From Squalus acanthias (taxonomy: Eukaryota): a stretch of DNA of 64,000 bases. The DNA lies in NCBI GenBank assembly GCA_030390025.1, contig CM059432.1:12090001-12154000 (forward strand), given 5' to 3'. Position numbers and translations under genes: made by a program. Below, in pieces: positions 1-13,944 of the stretch (positions are counted from its first letter, which is position 1; every line of letters begins with the position of its first letter). The notes beneath the pieces were generated by a model. It saw only the letters and a list, made by a program, of their open reading frames with translations. It did not search any database and was not told the origin of the DNA.

Positions 1-459
1 TATATCGCCGATCCTTCATCGTCGCTGGGTCAAAATCCTGGAACTCCCTCCCTAACAGCACTGTGGGAGTACCTTCACCACAGGGACTGCAGCGGTTCAA
101 GAAGGCAGATCACCACCACCTTCTCAAGGGCAATTAGGGATAAGGAATAAATGCTGGCCTTGCACACATCCCATGAATGAATAAAGGTCATCATTCCAAG
201 TATATAAATATAGACTGCTTGGAAAGCAAACACACCGGGGCTGTGTTTATACAGTAGCTATAAAGACAGGTCAAATAGATAGCTACAGTGTTGATTGGCA
301 GCCAATAACTTCCTGTTTGTATTCTTTAGCTCTTGAGTTCCACCCTCACCAAAGCGCCAATCCCAGCGGGCAAGTTTTAAATGTTTTGAAAGTCCAGGCA
401 GCAGTGTCCACGCTTTCTAAATGCAACGGGGCAGAGTTTCCACTTGTTTCCGTGAGTAA

Positions 460-3275
460 TAGAAACATAGAAACATAGAAAATAGGTACAGGAGTAGACC
501 ATTCGGTCCTTCGAGCCTGCACCGCCATTCAATGCGTTCATGGCTGAACATGCTACCTCAGTACCCCATTCCTGCTTTTTCGCCATACCCCTTGATCCCC
601 TTAGTTGTGAGTGTTATATCTGACTCCCTTTTGAATATATTTAGCGAACTGGCCTCAACAACCTTCTGTGGAAGAGAATTCCATAGATTCACCACTCTCT
701 GGGTGAAGAAGTTCCTCCTCAGCTCAGTCCTAAATGGCTTCCCCTTAATCCTTAGACTGTGACCCCTGGTTCTAGTTTTCCCTACCATTGGGAACATTCT
801 GCCCGCATCTAATTTGTCTAAACCAGTCAGGATTTTAAATGTCTCTATAAGATCCCCCCTCATTCTTCTGAACTCCAGAGGATACAAGTTCAGTTGACCC
901 AATCTTTCTTGATATGTCAGTCCGGCCATCCCAGGAATCAATCTAGTGAACCTTCGCTGCACTCCCTCAATAGCAAGAATGTCCTTCCTTAAGTTAGGAG
1001 ACCAAAACTGCGCACAATACTCCAGGTGTGGCCTCACCAAGGCCCTGTACAACTGTAGCATCACCTCCCTACTCCTGTACTCAAATCCCCTTGCTATGAA
1101 GGCCATCATTCCGTTTGCTTTCTTGACTGCCTGCTGCACTTGCATTCCCACCTTCAGTGACTGATGTACCATGACGCCCAGGTCTCGTTGCACGTCCCCT
1201 TTCCCTAATCTGCCACCATTCAGGTAATAGTCCGCCTCTCTATTTTTACCACCAAAGTGGATAACCTCACATTTATCCACATTGTACTTCATCTGCCATA
1301 CATTTGCCCATTCACCCAACCTGTCCAAGTCACTCTGTAGCCTCCTAGCATCCCCCTCATTGTTCACACTGCCTCCCAATTTAGTGTCATCCGCAAATTT
1401 GGAGATATTACATTTAATCCCTTCGTCCAAATCATTAATATATAATGTAAACAGCTGGGGTCCCAGCACCGAACCCTGCGGTACCCCGCTGGTCACTGCC
1501 TGCCATTCTGAAAAGTACCCATTTACTCCTACTCTTTGTTTCCTGTGTGCCAACCAGTTCTCAATCCACGTCAACACATTACCCCCAATCCCATGTGCTT
1601 TAACTTTGCTCACCAATCTCTTGTGTGGGACCTTGTCGAAGGCCTTCTGAAAGTCCAAATACACCACGTCTACTGGTTCCCCCCTGTCCACCCTATTGGA
1701 AACATCCTCAAAAAATTCCAGAAGATTTGTCAAGCATGATTTCCCTTTCACAAATCCATGCTGACTTGGACCTATCATGTCGCCACTTTCCAAATGGTCT
1801 GTTATGACATCTTTAATAATTGCTTCCATCATTTTACCCACGACCGATGTCAGGCTGACCGGTCTATAATTCCCTGCTTTCTCCCTCCCTCCTTTTTTAA
1901 AAAGAGGGGTTACATTGGCCACCCTCCACTCCATCGGAACTGATCCAGAGTCTAAGGAATGTTGGAAAATGATCGTCAATGCATCCACTATTTCCAAGGC
2001 CACCTCCTTAAGTACTCTGGGATGCAGACCATCAGGCCCCGGGGATTTTTCAGCCTTCAGTCCCATCAATTTCCCCAATACCTTTTCCCGACTAATAAGG
2101 ATTTCCCTCAGCTCCTCCCTCTTACCAGATCCTCTGACCCCTTTTATTTCCGGCAGGTTGTGTGTGTCCTCCACAGTAAACACCGAACCAAAGTACTTGT
2201 TCAATTGATCTGCCATTTCCTTGTTCCCCATTACGACTTCCCCTGTTTCCAACTGCAGGGGACCTACGTTTGTTTTTACTAACCTCTTTCTTTTTACATA
2301 TTTATAGAAGCTTTTGCAGTCTATTTTAATGTTCTCTGCAAGCTTCCTTTCATATTTTATTTTCCCTGCCCTAATCAAACCCTTCGTCCTCCTCTGCTGA
2401 GTTTTGAAGTTCTCCCAGTCCCCGGGTTTGCTGCTACTTCTGGCCAATTTGTATGCAACTTCCTTGGTTTTAATACTATCCCTGATTTCCCTTGTTAGCC
2501 ATGGTTGAGCCACCTTCCCTTTTTTATTTTTACGCCAGACCGGGATGTACAATTGTTGTAGTTCATCCATGCGATCTCTAAATGTCTGCCATTGCCCTTC
2601 CTGATAGCCCCTTAAATATCGCTTGCCAATTTAACCTCGCCAATTCACGCCTCATACCCTCAAAGTTGCCCTTATTTAAGTTCTGGACCATGGTCTCTGA
2701 CTTAACTGTTTCCTTCTCCATCCTAATGTAGAACTCCACCATACTATGGTCACTCTTCCCCAGGGGGCCTCGTACCACAAGATTGCTGATTAGTCCCTCC
2801 TCATTACACAACACCCAGTCCAGGATGGCCTCCCCTCGAGTTGGTTCCTCAACATATTGGTTTAGGAAACCATCCCTTAAACACTCCAGGAAATCCTCCT
2901 CCACCGTATTGCTTCCAGTTTGAGTAGCCCAATCTATATGCATATTAAAGTCACCCATGATAACTGCCGTGCCTTTTTTGCACGCACCTCTGATTTCCTG
3001 TTTCATACCCTCCCCCACCTCACTACTGCTGTTTGGAGGTCTGTACACAACTCCCACTAACGTTTTCTGCCCTTTGGTGTTCTGCAGCTCAACCCATATT
3101 GATTCCACATCCTCCAAGCTGATGTCCTTCCTAGCTATTGCATTAATCTCCTCTTTAACCAGCAATGCTACCCCACCCCCTTTTCCTTTTATTCTATCCT
3201 TTCTGAATGTTGAATACCCCTGGATGTTCAGTTCCCAGCCTTGATTGTTCTGGAGCCACGTCTCTGTAATCCCAA
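460..3275 (-). mobile_element. CR1 (HER1-like) LINE, 5'-truncated, ORF2 endonuclease+RT with one frameshift near 2600
   Basis: Seen: ORFs 2578-3165 (VYRPP, GDFN, SDH) and 558-2570 ([28 protein letters not shown]); (CTATGTTT)n tail at the left end. Confidence 0.95.
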
Positions 3276-4026
3276 TCCCAATCCCAGCGCGATCTGGGCG
3301 GAATCGGGCGAATCACTGCAAAAAGATTTGGGAATACCAAACGCAAGTGAGTTACGCCCAAAACCACTTGCGGTCGTGCTTTCCGCTGGTTTAAGATTTA
3401 ATTCGCCGGATCAGGCCCCCCCACCAAAACTGGCCACCCCCCCCACACCAGGTCGAAATTGCCAGTTTCCGACTGCGCTGGTTCGGGAAGGCTCTTCATA
3501 TTTGCTCTCATTTCCTGAGGCGCACAGGCGCTAGCAGGCACAGTTTAAACGTTTTTCATATCAAAAAATATTTAATTTACTAAGAAATTGACTAAAGTCC
3601 ACCTATGAAACTATTAAATGGTTCAGGATAGTTTTTCGAAGTCATTTTCAGTGATTTTAACTCAGGTCACTCGCAGGTAGAGGACTGGCGGACAGTGTGG
3701 TTAAAAGTGCTTATTTTTGGTGATAAACCCATTTTCAGCTGTATTCATAAAACTGCACCTGAAAAGTTCCCGGTTGCGCCCAAAGCAGAAGATCGAACCC
3801 CACTACCGAAATAAGCTCTGCTTCAATTTATAAAATGTCCAGGAGGTTCATTAGACTTTCTCAATCAGGCTCGGCAGCATAATGAAGCTTTACTCCACAA
3901 GGTTTGAGGTCAAGGTGGTGCAAGAGAGTCTCCGCCAAGGAGTGTCACGCTGCTCTCCTTCGATGTCAGCTCAGGACATGTCTCTGGAGTTTTACTGTCA
4001 CTTTGGAAACAATGCGCAGGTGTTAA

Positions 4027-4460
4027 TATAAGAACATAAGAAATAGGAGCAGGAGTCGGCCATACGGCCCCCCGAGCCTGCTCCGCCATTCAATAAGATC
4101 ATGGCTGATCTTCAGCCTCAACTCCACTTTCCCGCCTGATCTCCATATCCCTTGGATTCCCCTAGAGTCCAGAAATCTATCGATCTCAATCTTGAATATA
4201 CTCAACGACTGAGCATCCACAGCTCTCTGGGGCAGAGAATTCTAAGATTCACAACTGTCTGAGTGAAAAAATTGCTCCTCATCTCAGTCCTAAATGGCCG
4301 ACCCCTTATCCTGAGACTGTGCCCCCCTAGTTCTAGACTCTCCAGCCAGGGGAAGCAGCCTCTCAGCATCTACCCTGTCAACCCCCTTCAGAACCTTGTA
4401 TGTTTCAATGAGATCACCTCTCATTCTTCCAAACTCCATAAAGTATCGGCCCATTCTACA
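4027..4460 (-). mobile_element. CR1 LINE 3' fragment
   Basis: Seen: RRMRGDLIETYK coding remnant, conserved 3' UTR and CTTATGTT tail. Confidence 0.9.
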
Positions 4461-4989
4461 CAATAACTTCAACAGCAGTAAGATTTCCACGGTCTTGGTT
4501 TGGTGGGCTCCCCACTCCCCCTCTACGCATTCACTGTCTTGCTTATATGATGAGATAGGTTGTACTGTTTGACTGTTCAGTGAGTAGTTAAGCCCACTAT
4601 TATACAATCTTTGCAAGTATCCTTTATGGTTGCATATATATTGGTGGACTAACAGTGTGACAGGCAAGGATACAGATTTCGACTTCACCACACGGGCCCC
4701 AGTTGAAGATATGGAGCTGAGGCTGATTTGAGAAGGGGGAAGAAGTAATTTTTCTTCCTAATTAAGATTATCACAAAGTCACAGCAATGGTCAATTGCAG
4801 AATCCCATAATCACAGGACTGTGGGGAGTTGTGCACGGCATGGGGGGAGGGGGTAAGGAAGAGGGGGGGAAAATAGTCTAAAAGCTAGCAGAAGAAAAAA
4901 CAATCTGTAATTGTTTTTAGAACTTGGGTCAAAAAATGCCACTAACGCCCATAGGAAGTTTTATACTTCTGTTTTCTTCATATTAGTGA

Positions 4990-5392
4990 ATGTTCGATTT
5001 CAAAATTCTCATCCTTGTTTTCAAATCCCTCCATGGCCTCGCCCCTCCCCATCTCTGTAATCCCGTCCAGACCCACAACACCCCCACCCCATCCCCGAGA
5101 TATCTGCGCTCCTCTAATTCTGCCCTCTTGAGCATCCCCTGATTATAATTGCTCAACCACTGGTGGTCGTGCCTTCTGTTGCCTAGGCCCTAAGCTCTGG
5201 AATTCCCTCCCTAAACCTCTCCGCCTCACTACCTCTCTTTCCTCCTTTAAGACGCTCCTTAAAACCGACTTCTTTGACCAAGCTTTTGGTCATCTGCCCT
5301 AATTTCTCCTTATGTAGCTCGGTGTCAAATTTTTTTGTCTTATAATACGCCTGTGAAGCGCCTTGGGACATTTTACTACGTTAAAGTTGTTT
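4990..5392 (+). mobile_element. L2-clade LINE 3' end (further copies about 15915-16590 minus, 27015-27388 plus, 34905-35055 plus)
   Basis: Seen: FKILILVFKSLHGLAP..L and LWNSLP..LR..FKTLLKT remnants; (GTT)n tail in the 27 kb copy. Confidence 0.8.
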
Positions 5393-7439
5393 GGCGTTCA
5401 TTAATGAAAGGGATACCTCATTGCAGTGGAGAGATACTTAAGACATTCAGAATAAAGATCCTGGGGCAGAGAGGAAATTGATTGTTCAATGTGACCTCTT
5501 TAGTCAGCAGTTGAAAATTGTTGAGTCACAGTGATATATCTGGAGCACCACACTGAAGGTGCATCTCCCTCCACAGGAGAGCTTCAAAACACAATATTCC
5601 ATTAATCATCTCATTTTTGCCAGCATGCTCATTTAGTCTCTGATCAATATACACGGCTTCCAGTAAATAGACTGATAACAGCAACAGAATTCCTTCATTT
5701 TTACACTAAACAAATTTAAACATCGTTTTTTTCACATACAGGTTGGACAGTGGGGACTCCAAGTGCAGTGGTTATAGGAACAGGAATAGCCTAGTTACAC
5801 CCTCGAGCATGTTCTGCCATTCAATTAGATCATGGCCGATCTGTGCCTCAACTTCATTTGCCTGCCATTGATCCATATTATACTAGACACGCAACCCAGA
5901 GGTCGAGAGTTCAAATCCCACCAATGCTAAGTTGTGAAAATGAATTCAATAAATCTGGCAATTTGTAGGCCAAGAGCAGATTAAATCACCATGAAAGCTC
6001 CCAGGTTATCGAGAAAAAAAAACTGGTTCACCAACGCCCTTCAAGAAATTGAATCTTACTGCCCTCTGCAGTGGCCTAGCAAGTCATTCAGTTGTAAAGC
6101 TCAGTTAAGGGTGGAGAATAAATGTAACTTTGCCAATGTCACCTACAAATATAAAAAACATAGCATGGAGCAGTCCCAGAATAAGATCTTGGTAGTTGAC
6201 ACTAATCCAATTGAAGTGCCCAATAAACCATTTTTAAAAATTCATTCAAGGGATGTGGGCGTCACTGGCAAGGCCAGCATTTATTGCCCATCCCTAACTG
6301 CCCTTGAGAATGTGGTGGTGAGCCGCCTTCTTGAACCGCTGCAGTCCGTGTGGTGAAGGGACTCCCACAGTGCTGTTAGGGAGGGAGTTCCAGGATTTTG
6401 ACCCAGCGACGATGAAGGAACGGTCGATATATGTCCAAGTCAGGATGGTGTGTGACTTGGAGGGGAACTTGGAGTTGGTGGTGTTCCCATGCGCCTGCTG
6501 CCCTTGTCCTTCTAGGCGGTAGAGGTCGCACATTTTCTGTTTGTAATAATCACGAACAGATCCAGAAAGACTTGGGAGTTTAGTGATATACTGCAGCTGG
6601 GGTTACTATGAAGCAAGGTCTATCGTGCCTATCAGTAATGTATTTACCCACTATGGCATTGTTTTTTTTTAAGAAAGCAATCATTTGGATTCAAGCCCAA
6701 TCAAACGCAAATCCAAATACAGCACCATCATTTAAAGAGAAGAGTTCTGACTGAATCCAAAAACCAAAACTCCCTGATTCAAGGAAGTATTTACCTGAAA
6801 TTCATTCTGCATTTTGCAGGATTCAATTGTCTAAAACTGACTAGTTTTGGCTTTTACTTCCACAAATTTTCTTTGTTCCTTTCCTGAAGATGCTGAGTCC
6901 CGCTGGGATATGGCAGCCATCTGAGACCTTAACCAGGTGGTCATTCTGCAAGTGTGGGCCTATACAATGAGTGGCAGCAGGCTATAAAATACGAGGGACA
7001 TTTCAGACACGCCTAACCCTGTTCTGACACACACATGCACTTTTCAGCAGGGATCACTGATAGCAGTCGGCAACTGAAACCTTCGCTGATTTTCTCTACC
7101 TGGCCCAGGGAACTGAGGCCAAACGAAGCACTCCAATGACTGCACTGGCAGAGATCTGCTAACTAGGCACAGACTGCAACTGAAACCTTGGATTTTCTCT
7201 GAATGGCTCAGTAACATGCCTACCAGTAGTGTATTTACCCACTCAGGAATTGTTTTGTTTTCCTCTTTGTAGCCCACCCAGATGTTGCATTATTCTCAGC
7301 ATAAGAATGGCTTATGCTGCTTTGAAACTGGACATCTGGAGGGGGGGGGGGTGTTACCATTCTCTTAGCCCCCTCCCACATCATATTTTGTTCCCCCTAG
7401 CAGAAGTGTCTATTAAGGGCCTCCATTAACAAGATCACA

Positions 7440-7871
7440 TAGAAAAATAGAAAAATAGGAGCAGGAGTAGGCCATTCGGCCCTTCGAGCCTGCTCTGCCA
7501 TTCAATATGATCATGTCTGATCCTCTATCTCAATACCATGTTCCTGCTCTCTCCCCATATCCCTTGATGCCTTTTGTGTCTTGAAATCTATCTATCTCCT
7601 TCTTAAATATATTCAGTGATTTGGCCTCCACAGCCTTCTGTGGTAGAGAATTCCACAGGTTCACTACCCTCTGAGTGAAGAAATGTCTCCTCATCTCAGT
7701 CCTAAATGTCCTACCCCATATCCTGAGACTGTGACCCCTCGTTCTAGACCCCCAGCCAGGGGAAACATCCAGTCTGTTTAGCCCTGTCAGAATTTTATAC
7801 GTTTCAATGAGATCCCCTCTCATTCTTCTAAACTCTAGTGAATACAGGCCTAGTCGACCCAATCTCTCCAC
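7440..7871 (-). mobile_element. CR1 LINE 3' fragment
   Basis: Seen: ORF 7530-7871 is the CR1 ORF2 C-terminus, followed by 3' UTR. Confidence 0.9.
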
Positions 7872-8671
7872 ATATCAATCGCTTGGGAAATTGTGGGTGC
7901 AAACTCGCCCTATACCACACTGAGACAATTTTTTTTATTCATTCGTGGGATGTGGGCATCACTGGCAAGGCCAGCATTCATTGCCCATCCCTAATTGCCC
8001 TTGAGAAGGTGGTGGTGAGCCCCTTCTTGAACCGCTGCAGTCCGTGTGGTGAAGGTACTCCCACAGTGCTGTTAGGGAGGGAGTTCCAGGATTTTGACCC
8101 AGCAATGATGAAGAATTGGTGATACATGACCAAGTCAGGATGGTGTGGAACTTGGAGGTGGTGGTGTTCCAATGCGCCTGCTGCCCTCGTCCTTCTAGGT
8201 GGTAGAGGTCGTGGGTTTGGGAGGTGCTGCCGAAGAAGCCTTGTTTAAGTGCTTACTTCCAACTATGTTAAAGGGGCATGGTTTGGGATCCAATTTCCTT
8301 TTAAGAAATGAATAGCAATGGGTTTTCTACATACACCATTGAAACAGTGAATCTCACTTGAACCACAAGCTCCAGTCTGACATCCATAGTTTTCTCAAAA
8401 AGCTCAAAAGGTAAACTAGAATGGAACATCGCAATATTACTACCCAGTAAGAGAAGGACCTTTTGTGGCAGATTCTGCTTCTAATTAAGTGTCATTTAAG
8501 GCTAGATATTCAAAATTAAATTGAAGAAATTGTGGAATCGCGTAGCTTTGATCATAGTCTGAAGTTACAGCAGTCTACAAATCAAGTATTACTGTGAAAC
8601 TTCGGTGAAGGGCCAGGTCCAATAGTGTCAGACACCATCATGATCGAAGAGTAGGAAAGAAGACAAATCAA

Positions 8672-9125
8672 GTCATAGAGTCATAACGGCACAGAAGGAG
8701 GCCATTCGTCCCATCGAGTCCGTGCCGGCTCTCTGTAGAGCAATCCAGTCAGTCCCATTCCCCCGCTCTATCCCCGTAGCCCTGCAAGTTTATTTCCCTC
8801 AAGTGCCTATCCAGTCTCCCCTTGAAAACATTGAGTGTCTCCGCTTCCACCACTTCCATCGGCAGCGAGTTCCAGGTCATCACTCGCTGCGTAAAAAAGC
8901 TTTTCCTCACATACCCCTGTATCTCTTGCCCAAAACCTTAAATCTGTGTCCCCTAGTCCTTGTACCATCAACTAGTGGGAACAGCCTTTCCCCGTCTAGC
9001 CTATCCAAACCAGTCATAATCTTATACACCTCTATCAAATCACCCCTCAACCTCCTTTGCACTAATGAAAACAAATCCAGCTTCTCCAACCTGTCCTTGT
9101 AGCTAAGATCCCCCCAACCCCGGAG
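8672..9125 (-). mobile_element. CR1 LINE 3' fragment (same subfamily as 40339-41414)
   Basis: Seen: LEKLDLFSL..RRLRGDLIEVYKIM remnant and TATGACTC tail. Confidence 0.88.
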
Positions 9126-9583
9126 TAGTAATGATTAGGTGACAACAAGATTGGTTTTTGAACATCTATGGATTGTAGGATGAAGGGAAGACAGAGGGAG
9201 ATAAGCAGTTGGAAGTTCTGAAGTCCCGGCAAAGAAAGAAGGAGATGGTTCAATGAGTCAATTACTGTGCCGAATATTGGACGCTTCAATTCACTACACC
9301 ATGCCAAATAGGAGAGGTACTACATAAAGGCCAAAGAGGATAAGAGTATTACAATGAGTCACAATGGGCTTTTCTTGTTCACCTCATGACAGTCACTGAC
9401 ATTGCAGCATTGGGAGAGCCGGGGTAGTGTCTGCCCACACTTGTGGCTGAGGACAATGTATGCCATGACACCACAGAGGGCAAGGACGGAAAATACAGCA
9501 CCTTCAAAATAGCCGGTTTATGAAGATCATATAGAAACAGATTGGTGTATGATCCACAGTAGCAGAACTGATTTAGACACATT

Positions 9584-9717
9584 GGGGCAGTTTCATATCT
9601 CGCCTGGTTTTTATTTCTATTGAAGTTACCTGAAATAAAAATGGGGAGAGATGTAAAATGGGGCGCTAATTCACTGTCGCCCGTTTTACACTATCGCACA
9701 AAGTCAAAATCTACCCC
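9584..9717. mobile_element. Possible tiny Harbinger-like MITE (134 bp)
   Basis: Seen: GGGGCAGTTTC / AAAATCTACCCC weak TIR, flanks ATT/AAT within an AGACAC..GTGACT context, internal GGGGCGCTAA motif. Confidence 0.4.
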
Positions 9718-10674
9718 AATGTGACTAACAGCACCGTGGGGAGTCCCTTCACCACATGGACTGCAGCGGTTCAAGAAGGCGGCCCACCACCACCTTCTGA
9801 GGGGCAGCCGGGGATGGGCAATAAATGCCGACCTTGCCAGCGATGCCCACATCCCGAGAATGATTTTTTTTCTTAAAACGACAACATGCTAGGGAATGAA
9901 AGGACATAAAGGAAGTACACAGTACTACACATCTTGGCATAATCAGAATCCATGAATGACAGGTCATTCAGCATCCTACGAGCTGCTTCAAGTTAGACTT
10001 TCTTTTGTACATGACACTTAGACACGAATGCAAGCTTAAAATAATGATTGTAGAGTGCCACTGAATGAATACATACATCTGTCCCACCTTCCCTACCAGT
10101 AACTCTCTTGGCACATTTGTAAGCAGAACTGTTTCCAGTGGAAGATTTCCCACAGTAGGACGAGGCTGTGGGCGCACAGGTATTTGTCCTGTTTACTTTG
10201 TGGGCCTGATTCAGAGCAACAGGAGTAACACTGAAACAAGAAATAACTGCATGGCGTCTTGCTCAAAAGTTACATTTACACTTTTATATATCTGGTTGTG
10301 AGCCCAATCTCCATGTTGGGGGAAAGCACAATACAGGCAAGCACTGCTTAAAAATAAAATGCAGCGCAGTCCTGTACACATGGGCTGATAGCTCAGGGCT
10401 GCAGCAGCCAGGATTATGTTGGCTCTCAGCAGCTTCTGCCATCAGAGGCTACTATTTAAGTTTGCTGTCCGTGGCCCCTTGGAAGCCCATCTTGTCAGGT
10501 GGGTCTTAGTGGCCCCAGAAACAGTAGCACTGCCTTGTTTATATATTACATGGCTTTATCAGCAGCACTGTAATACAGAATCGCCACATTTAACTCCCTT
10601 CCCAATTCTGCAGTGTGATGATAGCACAATGCCACTAACTAAACCATTCCCCACTGACTTGGGATTGGTCACTT

Positions 10675-11817
10675 CATAGAAACATAGAAAAATAGGAGCA
10701 GGAGTAGGCCATTCAGCCCTTCGAGCCTGCTCCGCCATTCAATATGATCATGGCTGATCCTCTATCTCAATACCACATTCCCGCTCTCTCCCCATACCCC
10801 TTGATGCCTTTTGTGTCCAGAAATCTCTCTACCTCCTTCTTAAATATATTCAGTGACTTGGCCTCCACAGCCTTCTGTGTTAGAGAATTCCACAGGTTCA
10901 CCATCCTCTGAGTGAAGAAATTTCTCCTCATCTCAGTCCTAAATGTCTGACCCCGTATCCTGAGACTGTGACCCCTCGTTCTAGACCCCCCAGCCAGGGG
11001 AAACATCGTCCCTGCATCCAGTCTGTCTAGCCCTGTCAGAATTTTATACGTTTCAATGAGATCCCCTCTCATTCTTCTAAACTCTAGTGAATACAGGCCT
11101 AGTCGACCCAATCTCTCCTCATACGACAGTCCTGCCATCCCAGGAATCAGTCTGGCGAACCTTCGCTGCACTCCCTCTATGGCAAGTATATCCTTTCTTA
11201 GGTAAGGAGACCAATGTCGATTTGTAGAATCCAACATCAGGCTGCACCAAGCAGCCAAAAGGCACGTTTACTTTGCACCGCCGGCTTTGGGAATATTGTA
11301 CAATACAGTAGTGTCTCCCATCACCACTCTCCCCCCATTTAGATTGAGCCCTGGGATGAGAGGGTTGTCCTATGAGGAGAGATTGCGTAGATTGGGCCTA
11401 TACTCTCTGGAGTTTAGAAGAATGAATGGTGATCTCATTGAAACATATAAAATTCTTAGAGGGCTTGACAGGGTAGATGCTGAGGGGCTGTTTGTCACTG
11501 GCTGGACAGCCTAGAACTACGGGTCATAGACTCAGGATAAGGGGTCGGCCAGTTAGGACTGAGTTGAGGAGAAATTTCTTCACTCAGAGGGTTGTGAATC
11601 TTTGGCATTCTCTACCCCAGAGGGCTATGGATGCTCAGTCGTTGAGTATATTCAAGACAGAGATCGATCTTTTTTTGGACACTAATGGAATCAAGGGATA
11701 TGGGGATAGTGCGGGCAGGTGGAGTTGAGGTTGATGATCAGCCATGATCTTATTGAATGGTAGAGCAGGCTCGAGGGGCCTTATGGTCTACTCCTGCTCC
11801 TAATTCTTATGTTCTTA
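10675..11817. mobile_element. Two oppositely oriented CR1 3' fragments (10675-11213 minus; 11340-11817 plus)
   Basis: Seen: ORF2 C-terminal peptides and tails on opposite strands about 125 bp apart. Confidence 0.9.
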
Positions 11818-11997
11818 TTTACTTTTCCATCAGGCACTAATCTCCATCAAGCATTGGGACAGATGCAGAGCTGCAAAATCTGGGGACAGTTCCTGTAAGA
11901 AAGAGTGGTTCTCCCCGTTGCCTGAACAAAGCGAGTCGGTCCGCTGAACATCCCTAATCGCAGCCGACAGGGAGTGAATGTCGCATTTACCTCCCAA

Positions 11998-12290
11998 ACC
12001 TGCGACCTCTATCACCTAGAAGGACAAGGGCAGCAGGCGCGTGGGAACACCACCACTTCCAAGTTCCCCTCCAAGTCACACACCATCCTGACTTGGAAAT
12101 ATAATCGCCGTTCCTTCATCGTCGCTGGGTCAAAATCCTGGAACTCCCTCCCTAACAGCACTGTGGGAGTACCTTCACCACACGGACTGCAGCGGTTCAA
12201 GAAGGCGGCTCACCGCCACCTTCTCAAGGGCAACTAGGGATGGGCAATAAATGCTGACCTTGCCAGCGACACCCACATCTCGCGAATGAA
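11998..12290 (+). mobile_element. 3' end of another CR1/L2-group LINE family (copies 1-185 plus, 6241-6530 minus, 7937-8242 minus, 9725-9865 plus, 61802-61875 minus)
   Basis: Seen: repeated SFIVAGSKSWNSLPNSTVGVPSPHGLQRFKKAAH..LLKGN-stop followed by a GAAT-type tail. Confidence 0.75.
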
Positions 12291-12521
12291 AAAAAAAGCT
12301 GCACTTTTACAACACAAAAAACACCTTAAATTGCAATCCCCTCAGAAAACCTGTTTCCAACAACTCAGTTTAGTTCATCAGAGTTATTGGCTATTAAATA
12401 CGGGACAGAGGCTAAGAAATGTGGTGCAGCATTTAGATGTTAGGAAACTACCTCAGCTTTTTTTAAATTTACTGACCACTTGCATTGGTAAAGGTGCGCT
12501 GTTGGTCAGCGCCTGCTCATC

Positions 12522-13320
12522 AGGAACATAGGAACAGGAGGAGACAATTCAGCCCCTCGAGCCTGTTCTGCCATTCAATGAGATCATGGCTGATCTGCGA
12601 CCTAACTCCATATACCCGCCTTTGCCCCGTATCCCTTAAAGGCCTCTGGTTAACAGAAAGCTATTAATCTCCGATTTGAAATTAACAATTGATCTAGCAT
12701 CAATTGTCGTTTGCGGAAGAGAGTTCCAAACTTCTACCACCCTTTGTGTGTGGAAGTGTTTCCTAATTTTACTCCTGAAAAGTCTGGTGCTAATTTTTAG
12801 ACTATGCCCCCTAGTCCTAGACTCCCCAACCAGCGGAAATAGTTTCTCTCTATCTACCCTATCTGTTCCCCTTAATATCTTGAAAACTTCGATCAGATCA
12901 CCCCTTAACCTTCAAAATTCTAGGGAATACAACCCTAATTTGTGTAATCTCTCCTCGTAACTTAACCCTTGAAGCCCGGGTATCATTCTGGTAAACCTAC
13001 GCTGCACTCCCTCCAAGGCCAATACATCCTTCCTAAGGTGTGGTGCCCAGAACTGCTCACAGTACTCCAGGTGTGGCCTAACCAGGGTTTTGTATAGCTG
13101 CAGCATAACTTCTACCCCCTTGTATTCTAGTCCTCTAGATATAAAGGCCAGCATCCCATTAGCCTTTTTGATTATTTTCTGTACCTGTTCCTGACATTTT
13201 AATGATCTATGTACCTGGACACCCCCCTCCCCCAAGTCTCTTTGGACCTCCACTGTTTTTAGCCTTTCACCATTTAGAAAGTACCCTGTTCTAGACTTTT
13301 TAGGTCCAAAGTGGATGACC
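12522..13320 (-). mobile_element. CR1 LINE 3' fragment
   Basis: Seen: [20 protein letters not shown] remnant in ORF 12912-13352. Confidence 0.9.
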
Positions 13321-13429
13321 ACTTCTTCATTGGTAAGGCTAATGATCTGCATGTAAAGTGGGGAAGGGTGAAAAAGAGGTTAAATTATAACATCTGTTGA
13401 GTGCAGAGCTGCCATTTAAAACCACCCAC

Positions 13430-13563
13430 CTGTGTGAAGGAAACTTTTTGGTTAGAGTAGAGATGATTAGATTTTCAACGAGCTGATCTGTTTCAGTTAC
13501 AAGGTCTGCTGCTGAGGATTTTGTTTGCACTCGCTTTTCAATCCTTAACGCTTCCCTGATTAT
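13430..13563 (-). CDS. IMPA2: Inositol monophosphatase 2, second coding exon (IIREALRIEKRVQTKSSAADLVTETDQLVENLIISTLTKKFPSHR)
   Basis: Seen: 134-nt exon between pyrimidine-rich acceptor TTTATCTTTGTTCGAAG and donor AG|GTGGGT. Known: the K..AADLVTETD..VE.LIIS.L...FPSHR pattern is IMPA2-like rather than IMPA1-like. Later exons were not found and probably lie left of the window. Confidence 0.93.
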
Positions 13564-13944
13564 CTTCGAACAAAGATAAATATGTATGAACATTGTTGTA
13601 GGCACTTTCTTTAGCTGTTACATTAAGTTACATTTATTTGTTTCCTCCTATTCCACCCCCATCCCCCCTCCACCTCTGAAGATTCTCATACTGAGTATTT
13701 TTTCATGGGCACCAGACACTCTCCACTAGGTGTTAGTCGTGGCGAATTTTTCCTTGGGGGTAAGGCAGTCTGAAATGCCACCGCCATTTAAATGAACGGA
13801 CTCACATTGCACTGCACCTAGTAGATCCCTCCATGCCGAAAACCCATGGAACGACCAAAGGGGGAAATAGAGATGTGGAAGTGGCAGATCTTCAGGAAGC
13901 AGCTGCAAAGATAATGGGCCATAATTTGTTGTCAAAATAACAGC

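Noticed and set aside
3280..3802. GC-rich stretch ending in AAGATCGAACCCC, possibly a truncated MITE
   Set aside because: No matching left TIR or TSD could be identified.
10143..10157. RFPTV peptide resembling the start of a later IMPA2 exon
   Set aside because: Wrong strand, and it continues GRGCG instead of the expected AVSIG-like sequence.
1..13429. IMPA2 exon 3 (..WIIDPIDGT..)
   Set aside because: Searched by eye in the non-repeat gaps and not found; probably outside the window, though I could have missed it.
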